Notes: generated by a model from the sequence alone, not told the origin. Counted from the first letter of the stretch, positions 12,572 through 25,068 are shown. The stretch: DNA of 46,428 bases from Octopus sinensis (GCF_006345805.1 NW_021834635.1:1-46428), one strand, 5' to 3'. Translations and numbers: made by a program.

Positions 12572-13385
12572 AAAGGGTTAAAGCAATAAAAGCAAGTTAT
12601 TCCTGTAGTGTCAGTATCTATAAAATTAAAAAAAATATCGTCTTACAATTTACCGCCATTATTTAAGTAACATACAAACGCTATGAGAAGATCGTTATCG
12701 ACAACTCTGGGCTCATCAGCTCGCATTGAGGGAAAAACGTTTTCAGTCTTTCAACTAATGCTCATCAATATTCAGAGATATTTCATCAATATCTCTTTGC
12801 ATTGAATCTTTGCTTAAACGTTTCAAGTTATCTGAATGATCTTCATACTTCATATTTGAAATATTAGTTTCTAACGTAGACCTTATAACCTTCTCAGTAA
12901 TTTTATCACAGCCACTTTTTTTTATTTTCAATTTTTTGCAACGATTTTTGCATTCTCATATAACGCAGCATTGTCTTGATAAAAATTGCTATCTCTTTAT
13001 TTTATAAAATGTGTAAAATAGGTGGAATCTCAAATTGATTTCCAATGTCTTTTTAATAATTCAACGGTTTTATTAGCGATTTTTCTAGATGCCTCGTTTT
13101 TTAATGATTAGAAATTCTTCGGGGGTTAAAGTTTCACCGGAAAGACTACTGTTTCACAAAAGACATTTCTTCCATCGATATGGTTTTCTACAAAACAATA
13201 AGATAAATTTTCAACGCAGTATAAACGCCACTTTTTTTACACTCAGTTTTAGATTATTAAGGCATCTTTCACATTATGCGTTTATACTAAAAAATTTGAA
13301 GACCTTAGCGTATTAAAAATATACGAATTTTATATAAAAGGTTACATGTATCATTAAATTCTGTGGAGGTGTTATATGTATTAGA

Positions 13386-13655
13386 ACACCACGTCGTTTA
13401 CGACAACGAGGGTCCCAGCTGATACGATCAACAGAACAATTTTCTCGTGAAATTAACGTGCAAGTTGTTGAGCACTCCACAGACACGTGTGCCTTTAACG
13501 TAGTTCTCAAGGAGATTTAGCTTGACTCAGAGTGTGACAAGGCTGGCCCTTTGAAATACAGGTACTACTCATTTTTGTCAGCTGAGTGGACTGGAGCAAC
13601 GTGAAATGAAGTGTCTTGCTCAAGAGCACAACGCGTCGCCGAGAATTGAACTCAA
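13386..13655 (-). mobile_element. SINE family C
   Basis: Reverse-complement homology to 7600-7920. Confidence 0.8.
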
Positions 13656-13673
13656 CATCTTATATATATATAT

Positions 13674-13873
13674 AGTGAGAATTTACAAAAAAGAAAACAA
13701 CAGACGAAGACGGGCGTATAAACAACAAACAGATGTATTAGTTTAACGCTCGAGAAGTGAGAAAGTCTTTTACGTTTCGAGCCTACGCTCTTCGACAGAA
13801 AAGAACACAGAAATAAGCAGGGAGAGAAAATAGAAAAAGGTTTAATGGCTAGCGATTTATCATAGCGATCTAT
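13674..13873 (-). mobile_element. Penelope-like terminal-repeat fragment with degenerate hammerhead motif
   Basis: Minus strand CTGTCGA-A-GAGC-GTAG-GCTC-GAAA-CGT at 13741-13802; same layout as 25162-25375. Confidence 0.55.
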
Positions 13874-15720
13874 CATAATAATAGCTGTAACGCATGATTT
13901 TGCGGTAGATAATCCAGACAGATGAGAGATGAAAACACTGGTGAATAAGATTTACGAAGCACATTCATGCATACCGATTGCACCTTAAGCAAGGACTAAG
14001 TACTCTGTCGGAAAACTCTGATGTAACACCGTCGACCTCACTTGCATCCAATGATGCAGACTAGTTTTTCTATTGTGGCAAATACACATGTTGTTTAAAA
14101 AGCGGGACCTGGTCCGTGTACGGTCTTTCGCTACTCTTATAACGATTCAGACACATGCATCGCTTGATTGAGAATAGCTTTATTATGAGTTGCATCCGAT
14201 GGCAGGCTGTTTGCTGAAAACAAAGCAAAACACGCAACAGAAAATTTTTTGATGGTATAAAAAAGCATGGGTCATCAGGGGTGGTAAGCTTTCTTAATAC
14301 TTGCTGCATGAAGCGCGCATCGTTGGCACATCTGTATATGAAAGGGTACAGGGCCATGACCATGCTGATTTAACTGAACAACCAAGCGATGGCCTTGCTC
14401 GAAATCGAGTCGAAGCCATTTACAAATATATGTATATATCTGTGTGTGTGTGTGTGTATTTGCGAGTGTGTGGAAATATGTATTTACATACATAAAAGAA
14501 GAAATGAATATGTACGAGGGTCTTTTTTATTTTACTTCTAAGCTTTACACAAAACTCAATAGAAATCGTAATATGGTATTGCTAACGGTATTACAAAGGC
14601 AATACTTTCCTTTGTAGAAGAAACGTGGATTTTACAATAATTGTTTGATGTGCAATGCCTTGACATGCTTAATTATACATTCTGAAGATACTTGCCATAA
14701 AAAATATCTGAAACACACTCGGCGAACTTTATTCAAAGAGAATAGGATTCTTTATTTCCAAGGAATCCTTCAGATGGTTAAAAAGAGATATTGTGTTAGG
14801 ACATGAACGAAAAAACACCATCTATTTCAATGGATGCTGGAAATTCACAATGGAGAACTGGTTTGTATAAAAAGACATAGGATGCTGCCAAAGGAGCATC
14901 TGAGGAGTGAAATGAGTTGGTTGATGTTTTTTTGAAACTGTTGTTCGAAATATTGAAATCCAAGCCGAATAGATGAAACGAAAATAAAAGGCGAGCCTAT
15001 GAACTCATACTGTAATTTAATAAAATCCAAATGAGTTTGAGGACAAATTCGGTGGAGTGATAGGGAAAAATCGATTTTAGAATCTTTAGTTAAATATTTG
15101 TCAATTCTGGCACCAAATTTCAAATCTTACCAAAGTTGATTCTGCGTTTCATCCGTTGGGGGTTCGAATCATAACTAACACTGAAGTACTGGAGGGGGAT
15201 TTAATAATAGAGCACACATATCCTAAAATCTGAGGGCTTCGTGACCGTAGCAAAATATTTATAGTTATAATGCTTATGTCGATTATATTGACATTTTCCA
15301 CACTCCCTTGCTCTCAGTTGTGCCAACAATTCTGCACATATGTATGTACATGTATTATTAATTTTGTTTTTTTGGCATTTGCTAATCTTCTCTTGACAAG
15401 GGAAGCCAGATTTACTTTTAAATTGTCATGCGATTGGTTGCCAGTTGCATACATGCGACCTTTTGCAGAAGTCATGGGAAAATCAGGATTATTATGATTA
15501 CTACGTTTCCTGAAACAGCTGTCGAGTTAGCAAATAATATATTTTTTATATATCTTGTTCTGTATTTTTTATGCTCCATGGAAATATATCTATATCAAGC
15601 CTATTTGTATTTATCTCTAATACTACACACACAGAGACGCGCAATTACACGCAATCACACACACACAATCATATACACAAACACATTATACATTATATAT
15701 TTTATATTTTAAAGCAAACA

Positions 15721-16133
15721 GACGTAGGAGTGGCTGTGTGGTAAGTAGCTTGTTTACCAGCCACATGGTTCCGGATTCAGTCCCACTGCGTGGCATTTTG
15801 GGCAAGTGTCTTTTACTATAGCGTCGGGCCGACCAAAGCCTTGTGAATGGATTTGGTAGACGGAAACTGAAAGGAGCTCGTCGTATATATGTTTATGTAT
15901 ATGTGTACGTATGTGTTTGTGTCCGTGTTTGTCTCCCCAACATCGCTCGACAACCGATGCTAGTGTGTTTACGTCACCGTAACTTAGCGGTTCGGCAAAA
16001 GAGAGCGATAGAATAAATACTAAGTACTAGGCTTACAAAGAATAAGTCCTGGGATCGATTTGCTCGACTAAAGGCGGTGCTCCAGCATGGCCACAGTCAA
16101 ATGACTGAAACAAGTAAAAAAGAGTAAAAGAGT
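15721..16133 (+). mobile_element. SINE family A
   Basis: Full-length homology to other A copies. Confidence 0.9.
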
Positions 16134-16574
16134 ATATCCACAAACTTTTGTCGGACTCAGTTTGAAGAGAATCGTATTACGCATATTTTTTTCTTCGAAA
16201 TAAGATGAATGTACGACGGCGAATTATTTGCTTCTACTGTTAAAACTGAATTGAATAGCTAAGATGATGTACGAGTTGAATGAAAGTATTTTTTGTCCAT
16301 CAAGAATGATGTTGCTTGAATAAACAGAAGATTTGCAGGAAGAATAATTCTCGGGCATTGATACTGAAAATTCTTTGGTTGACCCAAATATCAATAGAAA
16401 TACTTCTCTTGCTCCAAGGGTGGAATGGTAATATAATGCAGGAACCACCATAGAGGATGTGTCACTCAGTTGCAAACACATGCAAATATGCCTCTCACCG
16501 CCACACACGCACTTACGCACTTGCGCACGTATCCATAGCACAATTATATACAAATACATAATTATGTATGCTTG

Positions 16575-16599
16575 CATATTATATTCATCCATATATGTG

Positions 16600-16683
<84 letters not shown>

Positions 16684-16695
16684 CATATATATGGA

Positions 16696-16733
<38 letters not shown>

Positions 16734-16796
16734 CATATATATGGATGAATATATATATGTATATATATATATATTTACATACATATATATGGATGA

Positions 16797-16827
<31 letters not shown>

Positions 16828-17026
16828 TATAGACATATATATAGACATATATATATAGACACACCACACACATATATATATAGACATATATTGATATACA
16901 TATTATTATGTATATATATACATATATATATAAACATATATATATGTATACATATATTTATGTGTGTGTGTGCGTGCGTGTGAATGTACACGCATAACTA
17001 CAAATGTGTGTGTGTATATATATATG

Positions 17027-17058
<32 letters not shown>

Positions 17059-17200
17059 ATATACATATATACACACATATATACACACATATATATATAG
17101 ACATATATATAGACATATATATATAGACACACACACACATATATACACACATATATACACACATATATACACACACTCATATATATTATGTAGCTACTCG
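16575..17200. repeat. Long compound (AT)n/(AC)n tract with internal palindrome and repeated 30-bp arm
   Basis: Direct inspection. Confidence 0.9.
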
Positions 17201-17997
17201 CACACATACACGGCCACACAGGCGCGCGCGCAAAACAGACTTTAAATTTCAGATACATGTGTCGACCGTAGGGATGTGCGGAGGAGCAGGATTTGCGCCT
17301 CTGTAGATTCCTGCATTAGTTTATGAGCTCAGCATATTTCGGCACAAAGCATTAATATATTCGTTGCTTTTAAGTAAACCTGCAATATTGGAGAAATGTC
17401 CAATAAATGAATATAGAACACAATACGAAATATATAGATGCTATAAGCTATCATTCAATATGCCTACGTAAGGCATTTCATAATTATTATCATTGAATAT
17501 TCAGGTACGTTGTTATTTCTACCTTATTTCAGTTACAGAAATCACTAATATGTGTTTTTTAGTGTTTTTCAGTTCGGAGAAAGAAGCCCAGCTTTACATG
17601 CACGTTTATTGAACGTTCCTCTCTCTGGTTCGTTTGCATTTCCTCATCTCTATTGTCCACTTGAAATATAACGCCATTTTCTTATCAAAGTCAAGTCCAC
17701 TGCGAATTGTATGAGGAAATATTGCACATTCGTCCCTTACGGTGGCTCTGCTGCTTATATTTCGTTTAGCTGAGTTTATGATCTACTTTTGATGATGCTG
17801 GATCGTTAATACTGAATCACAAAGTAATGAGCGTATCTCCATCCTTTCCAGAATATCTGAAATGTCATATTGATGTGTGTACGTTGTGTTGATGTAACTC
17901 ACAAATGGCAACAACTTTAGCGTATTGAATTCTGTGTTATGAGATCAATTCAATTCATATTTTCTAATTACCACACCTTATGAATAAAAATAATATA

Positions 17998-18868
17998 TAT
18001 TTCTTTACTACCCACAAGTGGCTAAACATAGAGGGGACAAACAAGGACAGAGAAAGGGAATAAGTCGATTACATCGACCCCAATGCGAAATATCTATTTC
18101 TTTACTACCCACAAGGGGCTAAACACAGGGAGCACAAACAAGGACAGAGAAAGGGATTAAGTCAACTACATCGACCCCAGTGCGTAACTGGTACTTAATT
18201 TATCGACCCCGAGAGGATAAAAGGCAAAGTCGACCTCGGTGGAATTTGAACTCAGAACGTAACGACAGACGAAATATCTATTTCTTTACTACCCACAGGG
18301 GATAAACACAGAGAGGACAAAAAGGACAGACAAACGGATTAAGTCGATTACATCGATCCCAGTGCGAAACTGGTTCTTAATTTATCGACCCCAAAAGGAT
18401 GAAGGCAATGTCGACCTCGGCGGAATTTGAACTCAGACGTACCGACAGACGAAATACATATTTCTTTACTACCCACAGGGGATACCACAGAGAGGACAAA
18501 CGAGGACAGACAAACGGATTAAGTCGATTACATCGATCCCAGTGCGAAACTGTTCTTTATTTATCGACCCCGGAATGATGAAAGGCAAAGTCGACCTCGG
18601 CGGAATTTGACTCAGAACGTACCGACAGACGAAATACCTATTTCTTTACTACCCACAGGGGATAAACACAGAGAGGACAAACAAGGACAGACAAACGGAT
18701 TAAGTCGATTACATCGATCCCAGTGCGAAACTGGTGCTTAATTTATCGACCCCGAAAGGATGAAAAGCAAAGTCGACCTCGGCGGAATTTGAACTCGGAA
18801 CGTAACGGCAGACGAAATACGGCTACGCATTTCGCCCGGCGTGCTAACGATTCTGCAACCTCGCCGCC
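17998..18868 (-). mobile_element. SINE B1 head-to-tail array (one head, four full 180-184-bp units, one truncated unit)
   Basis: Unit boundaries TATTTCTTTACT at 18095, 18279, 18459, 18639. Confidence 0.9.
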
Positions 18869-19059
18869 TTTTATGAATAAAAATAACATATTTGAACGAA
18901 ATATCAGTTAGTCTTTAGTTACGCTTCTTTGTGTTCTTAGTTCAAACCTTACTGGACATAATGTTGCCCTTCATTCTCCAGCTTTAGTAAAATAGCCATT
19001 AATAAATTAATATACGTAACATTTCGGGTTATCCGTCTCTACATTTTTATTTGTTTATT

Positions 19060-19590
19060 CTTTTACGTGTTTCAGTAATGTGATTTCAGCCATGCTGGAG
19101 CACCGCTTTGAAGGTTTTTTACTCGAAGGAATCGATCCCAGGACTTATTCTTTGTAAGCCTGGTACTTATTCTATCAGTCTCTTTTGCCGAATCGGTAGT
19201 TTACGGGGACGTAAGCACATCAACATCGGTTGTGAAGGCGGCGAGCTGGCAGAAACGTTAGCACGTCGGGCGAAATGCTTAGCGGTATTTCGTCTGCCGT
19301 TACGTTGTGAGTTCAAATTTCGCCGAGGTCGACTTTACCTTTCATCCTTTCGGGGTCGATAAATTAAGTACCAGTTACGCACTGGGGTCGATGTAACCGA
19401 CTTAATACCTATGTCTGTCCTTGTTTGTCCCTTCTATGTTTAGCCCCTTGTGGGTAATAAAGAAATAGGTTGTGAAGCGATGGTAGTGGGACAAGCACAG
19501 ACACAAAAGACACACATACCTAAATACATACATACATACAAATATATACACACACATACATAATACACAAACAGACACACACACATCAAA
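19060..19590 (-). mobile_element. Partial SINE A interrupted by SINE B1
   Basis: Family A sequence resumes on both sides of the 19238-19467 insertion. Confidence 0.8.
19238..19467 (+). mobile_element. Full-length SINE B1 monomer with 10-bp target-site duplication
   Basis: TSD GGTTGTGAAG at 19228-19237 and 19468-19477 defines the ends: GCGGCGAGCTGGC...TAATAAAGAAATA. B-box-like GAGTTCAAAT. Confidence 0.92.
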
Positions 19591-21127
19591 TAGATCAAAT
19601 AGATCAACGTTGATTTTCCATTACGTTAGTTTAGCATATCTTAGAATATGGTGACGTTGTTATTTGGGCACATCGACCAGTCCCATGCTCTGCCCAACCT
19701 GTAGTTGTAATGAGTCTTACTTAAGATTGCGCAGCTTTAGTCTATGTGGTGAAATGTTTCCTCCTCCACCTCCTCATATACTTCACCTAATATACTCTGT
19801 CTCATTCAATGCTGTTTCTGTTCACGGTTGGAAATACTTTAATCAGTTTCCGTGATCAAAAATCTGCCAATCCAAACATTGAATTGAAAGTTTGTCAACC
19901 AGTAGTGTAAATTTTCTTTTCCTTTTTCTATCTAATCTTTATTTTTAACATAATGGTCATGAAGTGGCTTTTCCTAGCGCAATTTTAGCACCAGTAGCTC
20001 CAGTAGACATTCAGTAGCCCCATTTTACCTTACTCGTTAGCGTTTTCATAATTTCTGCCGTTGTTTTAGCCTTTGTCTTTACATCTGTCTAACATTTCAG
20101 TCTATTGGTTTCCTTGAAAGCAGAAGACAATGCCTTTTTTGCTTATGTTTTGTCAGTATTTGTATTAATTTTTAAATATTCTTAATAGATAATTGTTTAG
20201 TTGTACACTGGATATTAACAATTTTCTAGTTGCACACTCTTCTACTTCCGCTTATTCACTATAAATACAATATTTCTCGGTCAGATTTCGGCAGACCTTT
20301 GCTAAATGCAGCCATTTTGTTTGCACTTTTCTGTTTTGTCTTTTCAATTTATTTGATTCTTAATTAAACTATAGCTATAATTATCACTATCATCATTTTA
20401 TTGCTATCATTTTCATTATTTATTGTTCTTATGTCATTGCACAGTACGGAAATAAAACACTTTTTCTTTTGTTTTTTTGTTTAATATTAACTATCAAACT
20501 TTGACAAAAGGTGTTGGACAGAAACCACCTTTCTTAGAATATGAGCTCGTCCAAGGAGTGAATATCTTATGTCACTCGGAGAATAGAATGATAATTTCTT
20601 TTCCAGACTCTATAAGGAGTCGATCCGCTTATTTTCTTAAACGTAACCAAATTTATAAATGGTATCTTGAGAGAATGAGAAGTGAGGCTTGTAAGAGAAA
20701 ATGGGAGAATGGGGGAAAACGAATTGTGGACGTGCCCTTTATTATTACAAGCAAGATCTTCATTCACCAAATAAAGTTGAGAAGAAGATGTAATAACATG
20801 ATATAAAATAAATTGCATCGCCATCCTCTCAGCTAAGCAGACAGCAACAAAAACCACCAACAACTGTAATAAATCTAGCAGAAATAGTGCAGTAACAACA
20901 ACAAAACCTTTATCAGAATCACCACCGCCACAACCACCATGAACACAACCAATAACAGGAACAACGACAACTGCTCCCTCCAATGTTATTATCATTACAA
21001 GTATTGGAATACGTTCAAGCAAAACTACAATATCAACTACGGGATCAGTTATTAGAACAGGATCGCTGCCGTGAAAAATTGCAACTCTTGCGTAACCATC
21101 GGCCCCCACCATACGTAAGACAATACA

Positions 21128-21358
21128 TTTTTCTTTACTACCCACAAGGGGCTAAACACAGAGGGGGCAAACAAGGACAGACAAACGGATTAAGTCGATT
21201 ACACCGACCCCAGTGTTTCACTGGTACTTAATTTATCGACCCCGAAAGGATGAAAGGCAAAGTCGACCTCGGCGGAATTTGAACTCAGAACGTAACGGCA
21301 GACGAAATACGGCTAAGCATTTCGCCCGGCGTGCTAACGTTTCTGCCAGCTCGCCGCC
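21128..21358 (-). mobile_element. SINE B1 monomer
   Basis: Near-identical reverse complement of 19238-19467; TAAGACAATA occurs close to both ends (possible TSD). Confidence 0.9.
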
Positions 21359-23049
21359 TTCATAAGACAATAACTTGCTCTCAGTCTACAATGTCATGGA
21401 TGAATTATTCGCTTGAAAATGAAAAGACATTGAGCAAAAAATAAAGACTGCATTTTATTATCGGCGTAATTGCTTTATCAATTGTTGAAAACGAAAAATA
21501 TTCACTGACACCAATCTGCTAGATACGTGAGCAAAAGAATTAGAATGCTTGACCACTCTGTTCCCAGCACAGACTGAAATTGTACGAAAGATGTTTGGAG
21601 TTCCATACCGTGTGTCAAAAACTGGGGCAATGTAGAGTGATTGTGATTTTATGCGTCAATGAAAAGGACTCCAGCGAAATAACCTTAAGAAATACTCGTT
21701 TGAACTGTATTACAGTCATCCTTTATAAAACAATGATTGACCAAGGTGATTGCCATCGATGTTTTACCATATGTATAATGCTATTGAAGGAACATGGGTG
21801 ACTGGCAACTCCAGAACAACCTCACATCATAATTAGTGGAGTTTAAATTAGAGGTGCAAATGCTTATAAAACCTAAAAACAATCTGATTATCCAAGCCGC
21901 ACCTCATATATTTGAAGAATGGGCATTCGATAAAATTTGTGTTGAAGAGTAGGAGACCTAGGCTTCATAAATGTGGTTGTACTAGCCACCTCAACCCGAG
22001 TGGCTTTAGGTTAGAAAATGGCCGTAAACGCCTTTGGCGCTTTACGTGTTGCTTTGGCGTTTTACGTGTTGCTTTGGTTTTCACCGCACTTCCCTGGTGT
22101 GATCTCCTTGCTGCCAACACCGTAGCCATATAAACATGAGCAATATAAGTAAAATCAACAGCAACAGAAACACGAATAGTAACAGCAAATGCAAGAAACA
22201 GAAAGCTATAACCAAATCATCAAAGGATTGCATTTCCATCTTTGAAAAGGAAATTTCACAGGAATGTCATCATCGCCAAAACTCCAACAATAACAATGAC
22301 AAAAATAGCACATGCGCACTACAGCATCCCTCATAGTCTGCGCTCTTCATCCTGCTCTTCGTCAAATGAGGTGAAGCTGGAAATAATTAAGTAATGAGAG
22401 ATAAGCGGAAGGAAGCAATGAATGACCGTCACCTAATCAAAACATTTAGCAAGGCCAACGATACGCCATGGATCCTACAGCTCATTGGTCTATTAGCAAA
22501 GCCTCCACAACAACATCAGAAACAACAAATAACCCTCGCCCATTACAAGAAATTATTCAGCAAAACGTAAGCAACAGCCACAACCAGCAGTCAGTACAGG
22601 AGCAACCCTAACCCCACCAAACGAAAGTAACAACAAGAACCAGAACACCAACAATCTATAAAACAGAGGTATACCCTTCAGCCTCGTTGTTTTCTCCAAT
22701 TAGAACGCTGAGTTAAATAAATAATAATAATAATAAAGAAATTATTGTATACAGTGCTCAGGTGCGCCACAACTTGTCAAAAGTGCGTATAAAACGTATA
22801 AAGCTGATGGAGTTTGAAAAAAAAGCAAAACGTAAAATCATTATATAAAAGAAAGGGCGTCCAGAAAACATTCTCAAAACCGACAAAAGACACTTCTGGT
22901 GAAGACCAAGCCAGAGGTCTGTAAATATTTGCTGTCACGGTTTTTCCATTCAAACTTAAAACAATCGAACCAATGTTACGGTCCATTGAGAATCGCCAAA
23001 AAACAATTTTCTCGCTTTAATCCCGATGCAAGTAAATGAACTTTTCCAT

Positions 23050-23088
<39 letters not shown>

Positions 23089-23726
23089 TCCCGTAATATG
23101 CCGATACTGAGAATCGGTTCCGTAAAATCACATGACCTAAGTTCACTTATCACATGACCATAAGTCACCAGATATTTACACGATGTTTCGCTTTTCAATA
23201 GTCCTTTTTATTTAATGTGTTTATCCAAAGACAAAAAAAGTTGTTTGACTTGTTTAAGATTTATCGCTGTTTATATTAGTTTTCCATTAATGTTAATTTT
23301 CTACTTCTACACTTGATGTCATATAATAATATCCTGGCCAATGTCTCACTATGTTCGTAGTAAATACAATCTATTATTCTGCGTCAGATTTTCGGTGATA
23401 TATTCTCGCTACATGCATTATTTATCTTGTTTTTCTGCAACAGTCTTGATAACTCGCTTTCTGTCTAGTTGCGTATATTATAACTATAACATATTAATGA
23501 GACAGCTAGAATATTGAATCGTAACTTACTTTTTATACTTATCTGAGATGTCCTGAAATTTAGAAAACTTTATAGTAGTACATTATGTTATTTATCTAAT
23601 TAGGCTATTTACATAATACCGTGTGCAGCAAATATATTGTGTTTAAATGCTATGGATGGTGTATTCTTTAATTCTTTTATTTGTTTTAGTCATTTCTTTC
23701 TAGTGACCACAGTAACTAATAAAATA

Positions 23727-24085
23727 GACTGTTCTTTGAGCCACTTCTTCACTACAGTTTCCACTTCCTCGTCACTGGAATAATGTTTGCCCCTCAAACC
23801 CTCTTTCGTGGAGCCAAAGAGATGATAGTCTGAAGGCGCTAAATCTAGTGAGTGTGGAGGTAGTGAAGAAGTGGCTCAAAGAACAGTCATCAGAATTTTA
23901 TGGGGCCGGGATACATGCTCTCATTCGAAGGTGGAACATTGCTATTGAGAGAAACGGTGACTCTGTTGAGAAGTAGGGATGTGATCCACAGAGGACCAGC
24001 TTCATTTTGATGTATGATACATGTTCCTGTGTTGGTAATTATACCTGTCCTAAACAAAATGGCATTACTTTTTGACTCATCCTCG
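23727..24085 (+). mobile_element. Mariner 3' relic with internal inversion
   Basis: Minus segment encodes PHSLDLAPSDYHLFGSTKEGLRGKHYSSDEEVETVVKKWLKEQS; plus segment encodes VVKKWLKEQSSEFYGAGIHALIRRWNIAIERNGDSVEK*. Right TIR ...TTACTTTTTGACTCATCCTCG followed by TA. Confidence 0.85.
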
Positions 24086-24138
24086 TACGTAAATGAAAAG
24101 AATTGGCATACATCTCGGTGAGCCCTCGTATATTTATA

Positions 24139-24549
24139 GGCGCAGGTGTGACTGTGTGGTAAGAAGCTTGCTTCCCAACCACATGGTTCTAGTTTAGTAC
24201 CATTGCATGGCACCCTGGGCGAGTGTCTTCTACAATAGCCACAGGCCGGCTAAGGCCTTGTGAGTGGCTTTGATAAACGGAGGATGAAAGAAGCCTGTCG
24301 TATATATATATATATATATAAGTATATATTTATGTGAGTGTAATTTTGTGCCCGAATTTGTCCCCTCATAATCGCTTGAGGACCAATTTTGGTGTCGAAC
24401 ATCGTCCCCGTAAGTTAGCGGTTTGGGGTTTGGCAAAAGAAACCGATAAATAAGTCCTGGAGTTGATTTCTTCGACTAGAAAACCCTTTAAGGTGGTACT
24501 CCAGCATGGCCGCAGTCAACTGACTGAATCAAGTAAAAGCGTAAAAGAA
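24139..24549 (+). mobile_element. Diverged SINE family A
   Basis: Head GGCGCAGGTGTGACTGTGTGGTAAG through tail GACTGAATCAAGTAAAAG. Confidence 0.8.
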
Positions 24550-24845
24550 ATATCTGAGAGAAAGCATAAATATTTTACAAATACAATCTCGAAGTTGATT
24601 GGTAAGAATATGCAAGTCTCATGTTCAAGTCTTGAATTTGTTTCGCTGTCTACATCCCAGTGACGGTTGTGTCTTTATCAGACACCAGCTCATCTGTTTC
24701 AGGAAGATATGTTAAATAATATATAAATTTAAATGACAGCAGAAACAGTCAGGTAGACAGCAGACACACACACATATATATTTGTAAATCATTTCCTGAT
24801 ATACGTATCATAAAAATATGCGTAAATATACATATATACATACAC

Positions 24846-24882
<37 letters not shown>

Positions 24883-25036
24883 AATGAATAAAAATGGCTT
24901 TTCTGATAAATTTTCCACGTTAATAAACTTATAAACATCTAATTATTAAAGTGGAAGAATTATCAGAAAAGCCATATCTATTCATTTTTTAAAATATATA
25001 ATACTGTACCAAAGATATTTTTATTTCTTATTCTAC

Positions 25037-25068
<32 letters not shown>

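Noticed and set aside
14830-16500. Plus frames with helical-looking peptides and scattered stops (14830-15100, 16300-16500), raising ideas of stop recoding or A-to-I repair
   Set aside because: Stop density is about what random AT-rich DNA gives, and no family motif is recognisable.
17731-17846. Minus-strand segment with TTTCAG acceptor and GTAAGG donor
   Set aside because: All three frames contain stops; it could only be non-coding and has no other support.
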